From contig KZ538775.1 in assembly GCA_000934665.2 (NCBI GenBank), forward strand, positions 1 through 64,000: DNA of 64,000 nucleotides. The letters are read 5' to 3'. The position numbers were made by a program, and so were the translations under genes. The notes below the pieces were generated by a model. The model was given only the letters and a program-made list of their open reading frames with translations, had not been told where the DNA came from and searched no databases. The DNA comes from Catajapyx aquilonaris (lineage: Eukaryota). Below, piece after piece: positions 33,402 through 48,744 of this stretch (the first letter of the stretch is position 1; every line of letters begins with the position of its first letter).

Positions 33402-36400
33402 TATGTGCCGAACGCATTGTGCTGAATGTTACGAAACAATTTTTTCCGGTGGTGCCAATAATATTGGCAATATAATATCTTGTTTGGAAATGGTTGCTGG
33501 CAGTCACGCTTGCAGTACATGGTTGCCATGGTGATGGAACGGTTCCAGCCAGGTTGGGGCCGTAGAACTTATTGTGCGACAAAAAAAAATAAAAGAAAAA
33601 AAAAGTTAGGGAGCCAAACGAAAGTCAAGGCTGTGTTCGGACAATGATGCTTAGACATGTTTGAGCGTGAATATGACACCGTGTTGTGATTTACAAAAAT
33701 TATATCGGATGGTGTTTATTGGAGCGATTTTTCCAATATAATATAAAACTGTTGCTTTTATTAGCGAATGTGTATTAGCAGGAAGGGCTGTGGCATATTG
33801 GGTGTGCTGCATAAATTAACATTTTAAAGGCGGTGATTTCAGCTAATGCAAGATCATCAAAATGTCAGTCGTTGGAATTAAAATGGTCATTTGTAATACC
33901 AAAAGGCTGTAATTTTTTTAAAGGCCCTATTTGTTATGAGTGTCGTCCAGTTGACGCAATATGTTGCCAAATCGATAAAAAAATCTCATTGGAGTTATTG
34001 AAATTAAAATGTAACACGCATCAATGCCATGTAATTTATGTTCATCTGACAGACGTCATATCCAATAATGGTCAACTGCTGTTTCGCATGTTAAAACGAT
34101 GCAGCGAATGGATGAATAACCAGGGTCGCATCCCGCGGCGTTGGCAACATCGCAGCATTTTGTAATATTATTAGCCTCGCGTACAACCGCAGTTTATCAG
34201 CATAAATATGTGCAAAGCCGTCTGATAACGTTAATGCACCAAGCTATGTCAACAATATTAATAATTACTCCCAAACCCCCCCTGAAAATTTTTATGCGCG
34301 ACGGGGCAACCAAATAAACGCTGTAATTTCCAGCCCCGCGAGTCCATATTGCTTTTTGATACGTGAAATGATATNGGGGGGGGGGGGGGGGAACTTGCTT
34401 TCAGGTTGGAAGCAAATATGGGAACTGAATCAATAGAATGAATTTTATGGAGGAAAAAAGGTCGATATGTGACTACTAGTTTTGTGTGGAAATAACGTGT
34501 TATGCACAATGACATGTATCGTCCTTGAGAAAAAAAAACTCTTGTAAGAACAATGGAGTTGTGGAAGAAGTATTTTGAGACATTCCCCTCTCTAGCTTTA
34601 ACACCTGCAGGGTTGTACACTGCACATCTGCATTGCATTTTATCGTCCCGTGTTCAAGGTCAGCGCGTGATTGCAATATTTAGCCTTAATTTTTTTATAT
34701 TCCTGACCAGGACATTGTCGTACGTTGTCATGTGGTGCGCGTTGGAACATTTTAGAGATGGAAAGCAGTGTGGAAAGTCGTGAAATTCCGGGCGGAACCG
34801 GTTTTGCTCGAGGGGTCTCGCCATGACAAAGACGCCAACTACTTTTTTTTTCTCATTTTCCTTAGGACGCGTCAGGTTTTGTAATGTAATCATCCAAATA
34901 AGACGATTGATTAAGCATTTTTGTACACGATGCAGAATTTCCGGCGCGACTTTTAGTGCTGGAAAAAAAAAATCCCAGGAGAGGAGAACCTACGTAATTG
35001 AGTTATATCTGTGTTGCAACATTGATTAGGAGAATGGAAGGGGGGGGGGGGTAGAGGGTTGGTAGGAGGGGGGGGAATGAATCCAGCAGAGGATTGCAGG
35101 AAGCTTATCCGAGACTTGCTCCAGCCTTGAACAGCACACAAAGGCGAAAATCGAAAGCCAAACCAATGGGCACGACTGTGCTTGGGATGGCTTCGGAATA
35201 AATAAAATAAAAGAAAGGAAGTTTACAAAAAAAAGAAGTGAAGTCTGAAAATTGAGCGTGTGTAGCTCATGACTTTTGCAATTTCCAATTCAAAAAGGGT
35301 GTGGTGCATTACGGATAAATTGTTTTGTACGCAAAACAGTGGCCTTGATTTTTGCACCGTTTTTTTATGTAACTACTCGAAGGACGCGCCCATTTTTACC
35401 TGAAAATGACCGTGGATTTCGTCGTATTTAAGACACAATGCAATATTACTTACTAGGGTAAATTTGCATTATTCGCAGGAAGTATCGCGGCGAATTTGCA
35501 TTAAGTCACCGCTGGTTTTAATCAGAGCAACATTACCAGAATGAAAAGAAATTTAATGGCCCATGTATTTTTTCGAAAAAAAAAAAAAAGGAAGCAACAT
35601 TGCGACGCTATCTAATTTTTAAATTCCGGGGTAAACGAGGACAATATTATGCAGCAGGCTATGCATGCGCGTTAAAAAAAAGAGCGGCTACGGTTGGTTG
35701 GCTACAGGTTTTGCAAGGGTCTTATATAAGGGTGCTTGTAATGCAACCTGTACATTTAATATATTTTTTTAAAAGGTCGGGATATTTGGTCGTTAAATTG
35801 GAGCAACAATGTGAGAGAGCGTGTTACATTATCAGGAATTAGAAATTATGCGAGCTGACGTCTGACATAGACCATTTCCCAAGCCGTGTTTTGCATTCCC
35901 GCAGCTGTTTGTGACTTCCCTTGGCTCTGCCAGGCCGATAAGAAACTCAAGGAAACGCCTCTTGAAAGCTAACAAGTCAAAATGTTCGTGCAATGTTTCC
36001 AGGACTCGGGCATGAATAAATCCCACCACTGTTTAACGATAATACACACACAAAAATGACCAGAAAGTGTTATATTAATTTGAAGAAAAATGAAAATTGT
36101 AACTTCACTTTAATGTAGGAAATAGAAATGGAGTAGTTGTAATTGCGTTACTGTCGAGTATGAAAGGGAGGAAAAGTTTTATCCACTTTTTTTGCGACGG
36201 CAGATGTATGGAAATAATGGCAGGGGGAAGGGTGGGGTGGTGGAGGGAATAGGGGAGTGGTTGGAGAGGGGGGGCTTCGCGCTTTGATGAATTGATCGAT
36301 ACGTGGCATTATTTAGATCACAGAAAAGTCAGATAAGCGGAACCTGTTTCGAGTAATGTGAGCGAATGTTATTTTACTTTGTCGATAGTGGAAAAAAAAT

Positions 36401-39400
36401 TGAATCCCAGAGTGCTTTTTTGTGGCTTTCATTTATTTCGCAATTTTGTGACAGTATATAGTCACATTGTATTGCAGACTGCATAAATGGTAGCTATTCA
36501 GCTCTTTTGATCTGGAAAAAAAAAATTGGTTTAAAAATTTATTCTGAGAGTGAAGTGCGTAAAATTTGAAACCGAATTTGCCGGTGCCTTACTGTGTAGC
36601 AGCTGACATTTTGCAGGGAGTAAAAAAAAGGAGAGGTATGAGTTAGTGTTTGCCACAACGAAACGGGATTTTCACTTTTGCAGGTAGGAAGCAATTGACA
36701 TTTATTTCACGTAGAAAGTTGCAATCCTGCAGTCGAGGGGAGGAGGGGGGGATGTGGAAATCTCACTAGACCGAATTGATAATATTACGCATGTAAGTGG
36801 GTCACTTCGAGAGTTGGAATATGAGCCATAAACAGTGTTGGAATGCACTCAACAGGGGAAAATTAGACCTTGAGCCAAAATAAAAGCAGCAGATGCTATC
36901 AACTGCACGATAATATTATTTACACTCCGGCAGGTGTGCGTCACTTCCATTAGTTTAATATACAAAAAATAATAATTGTGCAAGTTTTTGCAAATTTGCG
37001 GGATGAAATTCGAAGTGTCGATGTGATTTGTAAATCCTAAGCAGCTTTTTTTTTAAAGGCGAGACTTGTTTAACCTTGCTCTCTTATGCAGCGTGAAACA
37101 CTGACACTTAACATTCCCTCCACCACCGGTGCCTTTACTGTACCTTTACATCCCTAGTGGCCCTTTTGTATTAAAAGTGAACCCACTTTTTGACAGCCCC
37201 TCTTTCCCATGGCCCTTTTCACAATTTTTTCGGGGAGCCAGCTTGCACCAAAACTTATACCATTTTAAAACAACAATTAAAAATTAAAAAACAATGGGAG
37301 CAATGGGAGAAGAAATTTAATTTTAGATGCACCTAGCTGTAAGAATGGGAGGGGGCATACTCGCTACAGTATACTGCAAGTGGTTCTATTTGTGTGTGGC
37401 AACCGAGTGTAGGATTACTGCTCATACATAACAAATTAATTGTAGGCCACCTTCCATTACGTGCGAATCAGACTGGCAGAATAATAAACAGGGAAGGGGG
37501 GCTCCAAATGCGATGCGAGAGATTAAGTTGTGGCAAGTGGAGCAGAAGTAGTTCTCGCGAAGTTTGTGTTGGCCTCGGAGAGAGATGGGATGTCATTTTG
37601 TACTTTTAGAAAAGTACTTCGAGTTTGCACAAGTTTTCTTCTCTCTCTCTTTTTTTTGGAGGGGGAGAGGGGGGGGGGGCGACTTGAAGATCGCATTTTA
37701 TCCTGATTTTTTGTGTGTGTGGAGTTTGGGAGCTACTGTTGATACGGGAGAGAAAACTAGAAACAAAGTCGAGCTTTGCTTCAAACTTGAGCTTTCGAAT
37801 GGAGCTGTGATGCAGTCTTGTGCAAACAGTGTAAGTGCTGTGATACAGTTCACGTATACACTGTATGTTACTGTAAGTAGGCCGATAGCGTTTTGACATT
37901 TGCACTGTATACGGTCGTGCATAATTTTTAACTGAATGGGCATCCTTGAGAAGGAATATTATCAGTAATGTCATAGATTACTCTCATCATGTTTGCTGAT
38001 AATTAGGTTGTTTGCAGCGTAATGACTGCAATCGGATCGAAAAAAAAACATTTGCGAGCAAGGATGCATCATTTTTATAAAAGTGTTAATTTGCGCCGCT
38101 TTTAATTTAAAAATTGCTACGAGGATCGTTTTCGTCTGCCAAAGTGAATAGCACTCATTAATGAGTGTTTGATTTTCATGGCGATTGATACCACGAGGGT
38201 TAGACCCGAACAAAAATTTTTTTCCCTGTCTCTCTGAGGGTCGGATAGTGGGTTCGTCCAATTCAGACCGAAGTTGACAATTATGCTAATTGAAATGACA
38301 AGCTAATGACCAAAGGCAGCGGTTTCAATTACACAAGATGCTAATTTGAGTACAGGACCCGATAAAAAGCAGTCAACACAGGATGAAACAGTATTCAGTT
38401 TAATTGCCACATAATTCGAAGATCATCCGCCCACACGGATATAATTTTGGCCATTGCATTTGGGGCCGTATTAGCGAACTTAAATCGCCTGTGCAAGTGA
38501 CCCAACAACCGGGCTTAATTAATTAATTTCTCGGTACACTTGCCACCGCTACACTGTGTGAAAACTGGAATGAGGGAGTGGAAGGCTCTCTGTACGTACC
38601 CCCAGCACACACACACAAAGTGCACAATTAATTGCACGCGTTTTATGTGTCTGTGGAAGGTCCTGGAATGGAATAGGCCAGCCCCACTTTGTTCGCACAA
38701 TTTGAATACGACTAGAAAGAAGCTGAGAGAAAGTTGTTGTGCCATATTTTTCGAGTAATAAGCCGGTTTTGAGTTCTGTTTTTTTATATACATATGTTTC
38801 TCTATTCATCATTATAAAAAGAATGTACCGTTACCGGCGATTCGAAAGTTATCGAAACAATGTGCATAAAAATAATTGACAGTACAATAGTATTTGACCA
38901 ATGTTTATTTTGGACAAGTGAAAACTTTTTTCTGTGGGGTTATAAGGACTTCCAACTTATTTGGATGGGGGTGGTCACATTTGGCTTCGGGCCGAGCCAA
39001 GTTTGCAAACATCGACGATGTTTGCCAGTTGTGGGCTACAGGGGGGTAGGGGAAGGGGTAGGGGGGTTTAAATGCGCTGGTGGTGAATACTGTTTTCTAG
39101 GGGGGGTAAAAAGAGGTGGTGCTTGTTATCATGAAGCGAGGGCTAAATGGCAACGGGGGGACTTCAGAGGGTTATTGGAACAAAGCCCTCAGGATTTTCT
39201 CTTTTTATTGAAACTGCCCTTTTTTGCGAGCCAAGTGGCGATCGTGGGAGAGTCGAAAAATAAAAATAAAAAATAAAAAAGTCTCCGTAACGAAACCAAA
39301 AATCTTCGGGATAAGCGCCAATTACGCTTTTGTGCCCGAGAATATTTTTAGATGAGTGAACCCCCCCCCCCCCCCAAAGTTGGGTTAAAAAATAGAACTT

Positions 39401-42400
39401 TAACTGTCATTTAGATCGTGCCAGAACACTTTTTAAATAGCTATCGATTTACCCATGCCGTTTAACATTTCGTGCTAGGAAGAATTTAATTTTAATGAAG
39501 GTCTATGGCCTTCCAGCTTTATTTGAAACACGGGGGCATTCCTTGGGCGCTAAATATAAACTTTGTTGACTGAAAGCAAGTGTGACTGGCACAAACAACG
39601 CCAACTCACTCTTATACTGCTCATATTTATAATTATAAAGAAGTTGTGCGATGTAAACCTTGAATCCAATCACAGGGTGAAATTTTAATGCCTCGGAATT
39701 GAGATTAAAAATTTTGTGCACGCGATTACGAGGCACCGAACAATAAATCCGTGAAGCTCCCATTATGCCTTCCATATTGATTGGAACAAGGAGACGTTGT
39801 TGAAGGAAGGGTCGGAAGCTTGTCCTCACCCTCCTTTTTTTTATACGTGTACCCAGAAAAAAAGGCAGCAAAAAAATGACACCCCCCCCCAAAAAAAAAG
39901 GTGGTCACAATTATATATGCTCTACGGTACATATTTGTTAAGGGAAAAATATATGTAGTTGAGGATGTTGGCTGAATTTTATCACCAGCGAAAGGCAATA
40001 AGCTTGATACTTTTTGAGGACATGGATACAGGGGCTCGGATATGGCATTTTGGCTCCGATTCAAGGGGATGGAAGTCGACAGGAAAGGAGGATGGCGTTA
40101 AAAAAAAAAGTGGTGGTGGAAGGAGAGGAGGTTTTGAATTCTGGTTGACACCATTGTGACCCACTTGTTTGGTCGCTTGGGAAGCATAACTCCTGGCTTA
40201 CAACTTCCTTCAAGGTGTGTGCCTGCTGAAGAGTATGATAGATATGAAGGGGAAATAATATGTGACGTCACGAGCGAGCACGTGGTTGGAAGACGCCATA
40301 TTGATGTGGGCGCTTCACAACATTGGCCCAGAGAGGAAAGGCCTTCCTGCAGATCCTCGATAGCGAAGGAAGGGGGGGAAAAAAAGTCCCCCAAGCTTTA
40401 CTGCCAAAGGTCACGAGGAGGGGAGATTGCTTCGGGGACAAGATTGTGGAGGCTTTTATAATATTTCAGGCGAAAAAGAGTTTTCAAACAAAAAATTTGT
40501 ATAGAATAAAAAGGGTACAGTGTTTGTTGGGGGGAAAATGTGACTTTGACAGTAATTAGTTATGGCGTATGAGCCGCGCTGATTCCAGGTTGCAGTCATT
40601 GTTCCGCGAGTACTAAAAATATCCGAGCAGGCTTACTGTAGCGAACTTGGTTGTGCTGGTAGCTGGAACCGTGAAATTAGTTTCCCAGAATGACGCAAGA
40701 CGATTTATTCCATCATACCCGTGGGCTCCCTGAAATGCCAAAGTAAAGCGCCTTTTGTGCTATATACTTGCAAAATAAGCTTTACTGTACGTAAGTGGGT
40801 TTTGTGTACCGATGCGAAGATCCAGTTCGTGGAATACGCCACTTACAGTATTGAAAAGTACAGCTCTGTTTAGCTGCTGTTTATTATTATTATATTCCTG
40901 TACCACTTGATAGAAGCCCGGAAATACGGTAATCGTAATATAGTGCGCGGTTATAAATTTATGAAAATGCTGCACGTACAGTAATTTTTGTGTACATGCA
41001 AATTTGCAGGTGATTACGTATTCAGTTGCAAGGTGTGCATTCCCTCCATAGTTAATCACTGGCCGGGGGATCAATATTTCAAAAACAATTTTGTGTATAC
41101 CAAAACATGGAGCACAATACATCCTGGAATAAAAGTATCCCCCTGCAGTATTGTCGTCCCGAAAATTACGCAAACATTGTTCCTGCCTGCATTATTAGAG
41201 CGAGATGAGCACGTAACTCGATCCCCCAGACCATTACATAAGTGCTGATGGGCAGGGAGAGGTCGAGCTAGAGAGGAATAGGATGTGGAGTACCTCATTT
41301 TGCAATAAAATTACTGCATTCCGGCATGGTGTGCATATGAGCACGTAATTTCGTGTGACTATTGCTTTGGCCAAAGCAGGACATACAGAGAGAGGGGGGG
41401 GGGGGGCTTGAAAAACACATTCCATAGGGAAGGGCCCCCATGCTGTCCTTGGGCCAATCGGTTGCAGGGGGGGGGGGGGTTTTTTTTTTTTTTTTCCTTT
41501 AAGGTTGTGAATGTTGAGAAGAGCAAAAGACCAAAGAGCAGCGGCATTTTGCGTTATAACCGCACTGGAGGGGGGGAAACGTGGGGTTCTTCCTCCTCAA
41601 GGTGGTCAAAATTTTAGGGTGTTTATGTGCTGGGTTTAGTGAATGGCGACTTGTGGAGTAAAACGCCAGAGTATATTCTGACAGAAATTTAAAAAATTGC
41701 TCAATTATACGATTTTGCAATATGATTCTTCAGTTATATTTTGAAACTAGTGTTTGTATTGGGCTATTAATGTGGGAGCGTAATATTACTAAGTAGGCTA
41801 TCAGTTTTCGCTGGCGAGAGTTTGTATTCTGGCGATTAGAACATCCACTTTCGGGCTTATCTATTTATTGTGCAGAATAGGAATAGCTCCCCGTTCTTTT
41901 TTGTTGATAAGGTTGTGATGCAGAAAATGTTACGTGTCAGTGTGTGTGTGCATGGTCATATGCTCATGATGAGATATTCGAGACGCATTAGGAAACAAGA
42001 AGAAGGAAAAAAAAAAAAAGTCGCCGGAACGTGAAGGGTGGGTAGTTTGAAGGTTGGGGAGGTGTTGGGGGGGGGGGGACTGAGGAGGGTGAATGAAGTG
42101 ATGTCCTTGATGTTCACTGAAGAGAAAGCATACAAAAGTATTCCTTGTTGGGAAAAGCAATTAACTCGCTACACATAACTTTAATATTGGCATTTTTTTG
42201 ACAATTCGGGCATTGTTATTGGGGTTTTATAGCTTCCCCACGGGGGAAAAAATGAATTTAGCTGAGCAGGATTGGTGACACAGAAATTAAACAAAAGTCC
42301 GTGACTCGCCTACGATTCCGCTTATCGCGTTTGTGATGAAACCATGCCAGCGGGTAAAGGTTATTGGCTATCTCACAGCGAGAGGAGACTTGTTTGTATG

Positions 42401-45400
42401 CGTTATGTGTAAACAGCAGCTAGCTAGGTAATTTCGAGACCAAATGTACTTACTGGCGACCTTATTTTGTAATTAATGTATAAGGTCGCTTTTATTGACG
42501 GTGAGCAATTATGCGTCGACTTTTACACTGCTTGTAGAAGGAGGAAAACAGGACGATAATGAATTCCCTTTTAGTACTCGTCGTAGCACAAGGAAAAAAG
42601 TGGCAACAAAATATGGAGAAATAATATTTGATGTAATGACTGGCGTTTCATTACCTCTTGAGGAGAAACGGGATCAACAAAAGCTTCCTGCGGGGTTTGG
42701 CCTATTTTTCCTCTCAAAAAACTTTCTCTGCCATGCTCATCAGTATTTGTCACAAATGACACATTCGTGAAGCCTTGGGGGCAAATTACGAATATTGAAC
42801 CAACCGTTCATTACGTCAGTTTTTTTTTACAAAAAACTATTTGCATAGTACTGTATTAATAGTGACTGTTAGGGAACGATTTTCCTGCCTGTTACTGTGC
42901 ATGAATAGTAATTTCCACTTTTTTTATACCGCGGTTGATGTGAGCAGTAAAAAGAATTTCGCTTCAGATATGAATCCCCGATAAAGAAACGCGAACCCCG
43001 GAGGCATTTTTCTCAGGCGTCAAGCGAAAAAGTCGCCAGTGTTGCCATCATTTCTTTAACCCTATATCGTTATCTCTCATCGATCCCATCTGTTTAAAAA
43101 AGAGAGACAGAAAAGAAACCGTTTATAATACATTTGCTACGAAGGCTTGTTTTTCTTTCCTATTCTTTTTTTTATGGCCATGGCCAAGCTTTCTTTACGA
43201 GGCCTTATGTACTTTTCGGAGTTATTTATGCGCGATGGTTGGCACGACGTCGTGTCGCAAGCTTGGTTAATCGCTTCAAAAGGGACATTTTGCGTCAAGG
43301 AACTTGTGTGTGATTAGAGGTCAAGTGGTTCTAACAGTTTTTCAAAATGCATTGTACAATTATTATTATTTTTTTGTTCCAGTGATGATGGTTTTATGTA
43401 TGCCCCACGTAGGCTATTAGGTTAGCATGTCTGAAATAACCCGGTGCAGGTCGCGTGAAGATTGATCGATTAAGCGATATTTTTAGACTCGCATGCAGCG
43501 GTCTGTACTATTTTGACCACTCCACATAGTTACGTTATAAAGTAAATAAATTTTACTGAAGTTGCATAGTTCGGCCATTTCAATCGTTATAACTCGAAAT
43601 AACTGAAACTAAGTTGCATAATTTGAAAATGTCTTGCTAAAAATTTCTTTGTGAAATGTAACAAATTGAAGGAACCTAGTTTTTTTTGTTGCAATAGATT
43701 GGATACTTTTTTGGCATGACCGGTGAATTGGGTATTGAAAATTCTCCGGTGAATCCCCACTTCCGGCAGGTTTTTTTTTTCTTTCTTGGAAGTTGGAAGT
43801 TTGGCGATGGATTGGATTGACTTCGATCCACATCTACACCCTCGCTCTCTTGAAGCGCCTTTTAGGAGCCTTGAGGGATATACGTGTGCACTATGAGGCG
43901 GCGCATTATGTACCTTTTCAATCTTCTTGGGCACCCCCCCCCCCCCCTCATTTTTTTCCCCAATCGCACAATCCTGTTACCCTATTCTTATTTATCTATT
44001 TACTCTGGAGTACCCATCATCCCAGCGGCTGTTGCTTCCATGCTGTACACCCCCCCTGCAGGTTCGAATGAATATTTTATCGGGCACGTGATGTCGTGCG
44101 GGCTATAAATAGTTGATCCTAACTGATTCCGATAAGGATTTTAATGGTGTTACAGCTTCCCCCCAATTCGTTGTATTACAAAGCTTCACATTTACAGTAA
44201 AACCTTCCTTGCTTAAAAAAAAATTTCGCGAAGATTCATGTGCTGCTGTTTTTTTTGACATGCATGTAGTTGGGTGGAGTCTGCCAAATTTTTGCGGCGT
44301 CAAAGTTTGTGGGGGCTGTGGCGCAAAATTGGGCCATCAGTCAAAAATTGAGTGCAGGAATTTCCGGGGCTCGCTTCGGCGAGCAAGCAGAATAAAAATT
44401 CCCGTCAATATTGCAGTCCTTGGGAAGTTTTGTTTGGGGGATATATATGTCGTGCACGTAACGTGATTAATTCTGCTATTTTCGTATTATTATTGAATGA
44501 ATATTACATTAATGTTTAAAGCTCCCCTCCCCTATACGATCATGTTGTGTGGAGAGGGGAGTAGCTAGGGCTGATGTGCAGTGACGAAATGAGATTATCT
44601 TGGAAACCCGGGTTTATCAGTCTTGTCAGATGTGGCCAATTTGGAGACAGGATGACGTGGGTTGTTTCACAAGCTTGCTTTTGATGTATCCATTCACGAG
44701 GCGTACGTCGAAGCACAGCAGATGTGGCAGAGTGCACTTTACATAGCTCCAGGAAAAAAAAAACAACTATTTTTGAAATGAAAAAAACAATGGTCCCGGA
44801 GTCCTTGATTGAGACCTAACTGTTAATTTCCGTCAGGGCCATTTTTCAGGGCTGTTTTGCTGATATTTGATTTGGGTCGAACTTTATTTTGGTCAAGTTA
44901 TACAGGCCAAAGAACCAGAGGTCTGTTCCTTTTTTTTCCAGCTTCCTTATAAGGATGAGAATCATTACGAAGTGAGGGGGAAGGGGATGGATGATAAAGG
45001 AAAATGGGCGGGGGTGGGGGGGGGGGATACTAAATATCACGTGTCACAGACATGGATTGTTGCTCTTCTGCTTTGTATCGAATCATTAGAACGGTTCAAG
45101 GCTGAGGCTCAAAATAGTAACAAGTTTGAACAGGGCGCGATAAAAAAAAGTTTGAGGAGAAGACTTGATTTATCAAGTTGGGGGAGTCATTTTTTTATTA
45201 TTCAGGGTCTTATTCATTGATTTTTTTTGTGTTGTCAATAAAAATATTGGCACTTTTGTTTTATGCCCGGGTTGTATAGTATGTAGAGCAATCGTGTTAT
45301 GCGGCAGTAAACTTGGCAGATATGGTTCGAAATAAGATTGTGGGAGGCGTTTGGAGTTTGTCCCACAAGTGTCGACAGAGCCATTGAGCACCAGTGGCAT

Positions 45401-48400
45401 GAGCGTGACCTTTTTTAGCGGTCGATGACGGCTAGGAAAAAAGGAAAAAAAAGACTGGTGACAGTGGGAGGTTAAGAGGGGTGCCACAATCACGGTTTTG
45501 TTGTGGTGATTGTACCCATTGTTCAATATGTTGGAAAACCATTGGTTTGTTACGTAGCGAGGAATATAATTCTTAACCCATTGCTGGGCATATAGGAAGG
45601 AATCGTTCACAGATGACGTCATTTTTGCATTGTGGTGGTGGGGGGAATGTTTGATCGATGGTGACGTCATCTGCCACAATTACGGGTATTGTGTTATTCC
45701 ATTGCAGTGTGCAGCCTAATTATTTATGCCACGATTATGGTATAATTACTGAGCTGTCATTATCGCTGCCAGTATTGTCAGAAATATATATTGAGCGCGT
45801 ATAAATGAAACCACGTTGCTATATTTATGCGCGCTACATATTGTTGTTGCTTGTGAAATATAGCTTTTATCAAACTGTAAACACGGCAAACTTTTTGAAC
45901 TGTTGCAGGCTATATCAGGATCATTGTACGACTATTGCAAATAGAGAATAAACTTCCGAATATAAGTATAAGTTTCCGTACGTACTGAACAAGATATTGC
46001 AGTGGGTCATGAATACTTAAGCTACGCTAGTAAATTGTAAATATTAAATGCGATGAATGCTAGTCGACTGGATAATATGGAAGGCTGAAATGCTATGCAA
46101 ATATTTGAGGTGGGTCGAAGCAAACAAAAATTCGAGACAGGTGACGTCACTCTGAACTCTCTCTCCCCCCCTCAGCTTGATTTTATTCGAGCTTTTCGGT
46201 CAGCCATTGTTTTGGAAATCAATAAAGCATGATCATCCGTTGCCCGCAATAGACGGCGCAGTAGCCAATATCATGGGGTGCACTTTTACATAACCATCAA
46301 ACTCTGTAATTTGTGATCATAATCTGGCCAAAATGTTCGGTCCCACATTTACTCAATTTTTATGTGTTAGTTTTTGAAGCTGCAATCTTTGACGTTGCGG
46401 TATGCTGCGAATGACGATGTGGACATATTAATAATTTCCGTGCGTGTGATCGAGCGTGATGTAAGCCTAATTTAAATCTAACCACCCCTCACTTCAACCC
46501 CCAACCATCCCAGAGCTCTCTCAAACCTCTTTTCTATGCCACTCTCTGCCGTGGGATTGGAGCAGAAATAGTCCAGCTGCTAGTAGTTGCCAACCCGGGG
46601 TAGATTTGGATTCATTTGCATAATTATATTTCATCCCCCCCACCCTCCAAACCTGGCCCTTCGTAATGGCATAATAGTTTGGAGAGTATAGTACCCAGCA
46701 ACATTGTTTTTTTGAAACGGATCATGTAGTTGCGCTGTAAATAATTTTTCTCTTATCGTGATGTCACTTTTTGCGCTGAAAAGTGAGTCATGAGATTCCG
46801 CGCTTTTTTTTCGCACTTCCTGTTTTTGTACCCGGGGTTACGTATAAGGTGCGGTATAAAATGGCAAGGGTTCATGACCTCTACGGGGTGGGCCACTCGC
46901 AGCAAATAAGACTGAGCGTTTTATTGAGTGGGAATCCTCGAGCCAAGGCCGAGAGATTGGGATGGATAAATGGATGATTGGGGAACCAGTTCAATGATGA
47001 AAGTAGAGTGGAGAGTCCCCCCCCCCCCTCTATACAGCAGCATGTAAAGGTTGCAATTGCAGTTTTACAGTGCAGTTTTGTGACGTAAAAAGTGGGCGGG
47101 AAACAATGTCAGAGGGAGGGTGGGGTAAAAACCATTGATCTGAGTGGACTTGAGTTGTGTACATGACTCACGTGCACACGCACCCAAACATGCTATACAT
47201 ATTAAAACAATTTTGCAGCGCAATCCATGCATGCGTTATTTTGCGAATCTGAAAAATCCATGTAAGTGCGGGTCTAATTGGCAAGAGTACATTCACTGTA
47301 CTGTGTATTACATTTTGCACGGTCGAGTGTACAGCTATTTGCGAAATATGCCGCACTAACCTCATAACAGCAGAGGAGAAGGGAGGGTTTGCATATCGAT
47401 TTTTGTTATCTAATCCTTCTTGACGTGACTCGCAGTATTTCCGTCCATATTAAAACCCATAATTATAATCGGATCGCTAACCAGGCACAAAAAAAAAATC
47501 ATGTACTTTGCTTGCTTTTTTTAGTGACAGTATCCGCATCCCTTGCTTTCTTTTTGTCTGTAATAATTCCAAAGAAGGGGGGGAAGGTTGCTCATGTTTA
47601 TTTATTTTCCCTTCCCCATGCCACTTCTTAACTTAGATAGGACGTATAGAGGAGATAGAGGGGGAAGGTAAAAGAGGGGGAGGAAAAAGGTTATGGGACG
47701 CCATTGTCTCTCGAATAATAAAAAGCTCGGCGGATGAATGAGTCCGTGGGAAGTACAATAGGGTTGGGGGAGGTTGGATGTATTATAATCCTTTCTGTAC
47801 CGTTGGTTTGGCAGATGTGCCTCTTCTGTGCATTGCCATTGCACGAGCACACTTTTCTTTATTAATAAAAATGGAGGTAAAAAAAATTGAGTTGATGGCC
47901 TGTAACAGTGTGCTGTAATCGACAGTGTTTTCGACTGGAATTTGAAAACTGACCCCCTTTGTTTGTGGGGAAGTGAATTTAATCAGAAGTAACCCCGGTA
48001 CACCGGAGTGAAAATGCAATTTGCCTGCCAGGTTGGGATAGTGTTGACCTTTTCGGAGGCATCCCGCAGTATAGTTTTTAGTAATTAATTTTCATGTTAT
48101 TGGGGATATTGGCTGCCAGGAGGCGGGCCCAGGTTATGAAGTGGGTGTGATGCCAATATTCTGCAAATGAAAATGTAAAATGGGGGTGGGGGGTTGCGTT
48201 TTGTTCGATGCGGTGCGCACTGCATCGGTGGTTTACTGCAGTGATATAGCATAATTTGCAAAGTCAATATTTTCCGGATAACTTTGGAGGCGTTTGCAGC
48301 TGGGGGAAGGGATGGGGATGTTGACGTCACATGATGTCATAAACAGGGGGGATTATTAATCACACGGTTACTAATGATATGAAAGCTGTAATGTTGAAAG

Positions 48401-48443
48401 TGCATGTTTGTTCGAGAAACCGTAAAAAAGTTTTTTTTTTACC

Positions 48444-48744
48444 ATACCAGGAAAAATGAGTTGGGAAATTTATGGAAAGGGCAAGATTAATATTGTTTTT
48501 TTTCATATCATGCTACAGGGTGTTAACTGCTTAGTGCCAGATTCACTAATTACTTCATTTCAATTATTGGAACACCCTCTATGTAAACAATGCAATACCA
48601 GGAAAAATGAGTTGGGAAATTTATGGAAAGGGCAAGATTAATATTGTTTTTTTCATATCATGCTACAGGGTGTTAACTGCTTAGTGCCAGAATCACTAAT
48701 TACTTCATTTCAATTATTGGAACACCCTCTATGTAAACAATGCA
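48444..48744. repeat. Near-perfect 150-bp tandem duplication containing a tiny Tc1/mariner-like remnant
   Basis: 48444-48594 vs 48595-48744 differ by about one indel and one substitution; each copy has TACAGGGTGTT...AACACCCTCTA. Confidence 0.9.

Noticed and set aside
32729..33582. Read-through tail of the 174-aa ORF and repetitive ORFs (GGGAIIVNSQSG..)
   Set aside because: Intronic minisatellite; ARID5B homology stops at the donor at 32728 and resumes at 59366.
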